Shown here: positions 61,023 to 64,000 of the stretch, piece by piece
Layout of the letters: every line of letters starts with the position of its first letter
Position numbering within the stretch: position 1 is the stretch's first letter
Origin: Crocinitomicaceae bacterium
GTDB taxonomy: Bacteria > Bacteroidota > Bacteroidia > Flavobacteriales_D > Crocinitomicaceae
Assembly (NCBI GenBank): GCA_029254025.1
Contig: JAQWYK010000006.1
Span: 7,260-71,259, forward strand
DNA length: 64,000 bases
Direction: 5' to 3'
Position numbers and translations under genes: made by a program
Notes under the pieces: generated by a model
The model's database searches: none
Told to the model about the DNA's origin: nothing
The model's input: the letters and a program-made list of their open reading frames with translations, nothing else

Positions 61023-62453
61023 TTACTGATCTTCCGTATTTTGAGTGCTATCCTCCCCCTTTACTTCTTTCCCTTTCAAGTATTCGGGAAGCTGCATACC
61101 AGCCATATTGAACATGTCTTGTAAAGGAGGCACTGATTTATAAATACCAGATAAGAAGTTTGCTGTAGAACCTTTGCCGTCGACTCCATTATTGCCACCA
61201 TCCCAAACGGTTACTTTATCGAATTTAATGTTCTTAATGGCATCAGATTGAGTTTTTACGATTTCCGGTAATTTATCAGCAAGAAGCAAGATGAACGCGT
61301 CTTTAGGGTTGTTCCCTGCTGCTTTCACAATTCTATCCAAACCTTCCGCTTGTTTTGTCAGAATTTCATAAAGACCTTGTGCTTCGGCCTGCGCTTTGAG
61401 CAAAATAGCGTCCGCCTCCCCTTTTGCAAGACGTCTTGTTTGTTCTGCTTCAGCTTCTGCCGAAATTTCTATGCGTTGTTTTTCAATTTCTGCAGGAACA
61501 ACAATTTCCGCATTCTGGAAGGCTCTTTCACGCTCTGCTCTTGCCTTTTCCGAAGTTTGCTCGGCGGCATAAGCTTCTTCTAACGCACGTGCGCCTTGCA
61601 CTTTTTCAGCAGCGATAGCGGTACGTTCTGCTTCTGCTTCGCGCTGTCTTCTTAGGGAATCCGAATTAGCAACTTGTATTTTTGCTTCATTCTCTCCTTC
61701 TACCGCTCTAGCCTCAGCATTAGCGACACGCGTTCTTTGATCTTGAACAGCTTCCGCCTCACCAATCGAACCATCTCTGTTTTTTTCTGCCACTGTTCTT
61801 CGTGCATCATTGATTGCGTGAGCAGCTGCCTCTTTACCTAAAGCTTCAATGTAACCAGATTCGTCGTTGATGTCCGTAATGTTTACGTTGATCAAACGAA
61901 GTCCAACTTTTTTAAGCTCAACTTCTACACCATTAGAAATATTCGCAAGAAACTTATCTCGATCCGAGTTAATTTCCTCGATATCCATAGAAGCCACAAC
62001 TAAACGAAGCTGACCAAATATGATTTCTTTTGATAATTCTTGAATTTCATTTAAACCAAGTCCAAGCATTCTTTCTGCCGCATTTTGCATTACACCTGGT
62101 TCAGTAGAAATACCAATCGTAAAACGAGAGGGAACATTCACACGGATATTTTGCTTCGATAACGCGTTTACCAAGTTTACCTCTATAGAGATAGGTGTTA
62201 AATCTAAAAACTCGTAACCTTGTATAACTGGCCATATAAATGCTGCTCCACCGTGGAGACATTTTGCTGATTGACCTCCACCTACTTTTCCGTAAACAAC
62301 TAAAATTTTATCCGAAGGACATCGTTTGTAGCGCCGAATGAAGGAAAACAAAATAACGAAAACAAAGAGAATTGCGAAACCAATCGCAACCAATGAGGCA
62401 AAACCCTCTGTGTTCACCGAACTACTGTCGAACTGCATTAAAAATGAATACAT
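61023..62453 (-). CDS. flotillin-family SPFH/band-7 protein (YqiK-like)
   Basis: 476 aa. N-terminal TM, SPFH domain, Ala/Glu-rich coiled-coil repeats (AEAEAERTAIAAEK...), C-terminal tail. Confidence 0.85.
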   Translation of the reverse strand: MYSFLMQFDSSSVNTEGFASLVAIGFAILFVFVILFSFIRRYKRCPSDKILVVYGKVGGGQSAKCLHGGAAFIWPVIQGYEFLDLTPISIEVNLVNALSKQNIRVNVPSRFTIGISTEPGVMQNAAERMLGLGLNEIQELSKEIIFGQLRLVVASMDIEEINSDRDKFLANISNGVEVELKKVGLRLINVNITDINDESGYIEALGKEAAAHAINDARRTVAEKNRDGSIGEAEAVQDQRTRVANAEARAVEGENEAKIQVANSDSLRRQREAEAERTAIAAEKVQGARALEEAYAAEQTSEKARAERERAFQNAEIVVPAEIEKQRIEISAEAEAEQTRRLAKGEADAILLKAQAEAQGLYEILTKQAEGLDRIVKAAGNNPKDAFILLLADKLPEIVKTQSDAIKNIKFDKVTVWDGGNNGVDGKGSTANFLSGIYKSVPPLQDMFNMAGMQLPEYLKGKEVKGEDSTQNTEDQ

Positions 62454-62460
62454 AGTTTTT

Positions 62461-63042
62461 CTATTTTGATGTTAGTTTTTGTACAATTAAAATACCATTG
62501 TTGGTGACGTCAATTACTTCAATGACAGAACCTGTTTTTAAGGGGGCTTCATCATCTGTTAATGCTTCTAATTCTCTCAAAGCACCTTGAATTCGAACAT
62601 TTACTTTGCCGATAGAAGATCGGCTTTCTCCGATCGTTAAATACACCTCACCAATATTTCCAATAGCATTCTTGATTTCTAGCGTACCACTATCGTGCAA
62701 CCTGGAGATTAGGTAAAAGAGCCCAGCCATGATAAACATCATGATAAGTCCACAGACCGTAGCTATAAAAATAACAGAGAGTTTCGCTAAGTCATTTTCA
62801 AGAGCGGCAATCCCAGACCATCCGAAAATAGTAAAGAATGCGATTAGGTTCTTGATTGTGAAGAAGCTAAAACCTCCATCAGCATCCATGTCCACGTCGC
62901 CATTAAAATCACCATCTACATCCATGTCGCCTCCACCTGTGATAAAGGTGACGAGCATCATAACGACGAAAAGACCAGAACCAATAAGCGCGATGATCCA
63001 AAAGATTTTATCGAACCACTCTAAGCCAGTAAACCATTCCAT
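62461..63042 (-). CDS. NfeD-like/YqiJ-like membrane protein, partner of flotillin
   Basis: 193 aa. N-terminal TM helices, acidic GDMDVDGDFNGDVDMDADGG loop, C-terminal OB-fold-like beta domain. Immediately upstream of the flotillin gene. Confidence 0.7.
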   Translation of the reverse strand: MEWFTGLEWFDKIFWIIALIGSGLFVVMMLVTFITGGGDMDVDGDFNGDVDMDADGGFSFFTIKNLIAFFTIFGWSGIAALENDLAKLSVIFIATVCGLIMMFIMAGLFYLISRLHDSGTLEIKNAIGNIGEVYLTIGESRSSIGKVNVRIQGALRELEALTDDEAPLKTGSVIEVIDVTNNGILIVQKLTSK

Positions 63043-63187
63043 AACGTTTATTTTGTGTGAATATAGTGAAAAAAGCAGGTGCTTTTATTGATTGTTAATA
63101 AAATTGAGCACATTTGATGAGTTGAAAGTTCAAAGGAAGAAGCTGGAATCCGTTGAAAATAATTCGAATACAATTTTTTCAAAAAAA

Positions 63188-63220
63188 AAGCCTCCAACAT
63201 GTTGGAGGCTTTTAAAGTAT
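63188..63220 (-). terminator. rho-independent terminator of gdhA
   Basis: aaaaaaaaagcctccaacatgttggaggcttttaaag. Confidence 0.65.
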
Positions 63221-63233
63221 ATTTAACCAATCA

Positions 63234-64000
63234 TTAAACCAAACCTTGGTCAATCATTGCGTCAGCTACTTTCACGAAACCTGCGATATTAGCTCCCTTC
63301 ACGTAGTCTACTTTGTCTTGATCGTCACGACCGAATTTAACACATTGGTCGTGAATGCTTTTCATTATTCCTTGTAAGCGTTGATCAACATCCTCTCTCG
63401 ACCAGCTAAGACGAAGTGAATTCTGAGACATTTCTAAACCTGACGTTGCAACACCTCCTGCATTTGAAGCTTTTCCTGGTGCAAAAAGGACTCCTGAACC
63501 TTGGAAGTGAGCAACAGCCTCTGGTGTTGAAGGCATGTTCGCGCCTTCACCAACAACCTTAACTCCTTTATCAGTTAATTTCTTAGCATCTTCTCCATTC
63601 AATTCATTCTGTGTAGCACATGGAATAGCCACATCAACATTTACAGGGAGATTCCAAACACGTTCTCCAGGGAAGAACTGCATCTCAGGATACGCATCAG
63701 ACATTTCTTTAATACGACCGCGTCTAACGTTTTTAAGGTCTTTTAAGAAATCTAAGTGTTCTGAAGAAATTCCTTCAGGTGCAAATACGTAACCAGAAGA
63801 ATCTGAGCAAGTTAAAACTTTACCTCCTAGCTGAAGAACTTTTTCAATGGCAAATTGAGCAACGTTTCCAGAACCAGAAACAGCTACAGATTTTCCTCGT
63901 AATGTATCTCCAGTTCTTTCCAACATATTTTGAATGAAATATACGGCTCCATAGCCAGTTGCTTCAGGACGGATAAGAGATCCTCCCCAATTAATTCCTT
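63234..64000 (-). CDS. gdhA: NADP-specific glutamate dehydrogenase (C-terminal part; gene continues beyond window end)
   Basis: The Glu/Leu/Phe/Val dehydrogenase C-terminal domain (GKSVAVSGSGNVAQFAIEK...GANMPSTPEA...) reads through position 64000 without a start. Confidence 0.85.
   Translation of the reverse strand, partial: GINWGGSLIRPEATGYGAVYFIQNMLERTGDTLRGKSVAVSGSGNVAQFAIEKVLQLGGKVLTCSDSSGYVFAPEGISSEHLDFLKDLKNVRRGRIKEMSDAYPEMQFFPGERVWNLPVNVDVAIPCATQNELNGEDAKKLTDKGVKVVGEGANMPSTPEAVAHFQGSGVLFAPGKASNAGGVATSGLEMSQNSLRLSWSREDVDQRLQGIMKSIHDQCVKFGRDDQDKVDYVKGANIAGFVKVADAMIDQGLV

Overview
The window is a 64-kb chromosomal segment that looks like a Bacteroidota genome, probably Flavobacteriia (about 38-40% GC). 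This is supported by several cargo proteins with type IX secretion (T9SS) C-terminal sorting domains, SprB-type repeats, and promoter-like TAnnTTTG motifs. It is densely coding housekeeping and cell-surface DNA. I found no transposases, integrases, CRISPR arrays or tRNA genes. Gene content in order:
- a truncated M42 aminopeptidase;
- a glycosylation-like cluster (YfhO-family GT-C membrane protein, methyltransferase, Wzx-like flippase, GT4 glycosyltransferase);
- a polyamine cluster (a fused speD-speE gene plus an agmatinase-family gene);
- a large beta-propeller sensor fused to a PP2C/SpoIIE phosphatase;
- cell-wall and processing enzymes (NlpC/P60, S41 CtpA-like protease, a DUF1573 protein);
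- an AT-rich gene-poor stretch with a small ORF and an XRE-family HTH regulator, followed by mnmA;
- a cluster of secreted or lipoprotein hypotheticals, including a tandem paralog pair;
- two FKBP-type isomerases;
- a 1611-aa SprB-repeat/PKD adhesin with a T9SS type-B sorting domain;
- a B12-binding radical-SAM protein with an unusual Cx4Cx2C motif;
- a cold-shock-domain protein;
- a minus-strand methionine operon (metY, metX, hom, an OsmC-like gene, and a metB/metZ-like gene interrupted by an in-frame TAA), preceded by a clear SAM-I riboswitch;
- a prolyl oligopeptidase and a large S8 peptidase with SprB repeats and a T9SS type-A sorting domain;
- a RecD-like helicase;
- a complete his operon (hisG-D-C-B-H-A-F-IE) preceded by a candidate His-codon leader peptide and terminator;
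- a T9SS cargo protein, an MMPL/RND transporter, a flotillin/NfeD pair, and a truncated gdhA.
The observations I would look at first are the candidate his attenuator, the nonsense-interrupted transsulfuration gene inside the riboswitch-controlled met operon, the speD-speE fusion, the radical-SAM protein with non-canonical cysteine spacing, and the cluster of unknown secreted proteins at 21.2-25 kb. I did not recognise any single complete system that is clearly undescribed.
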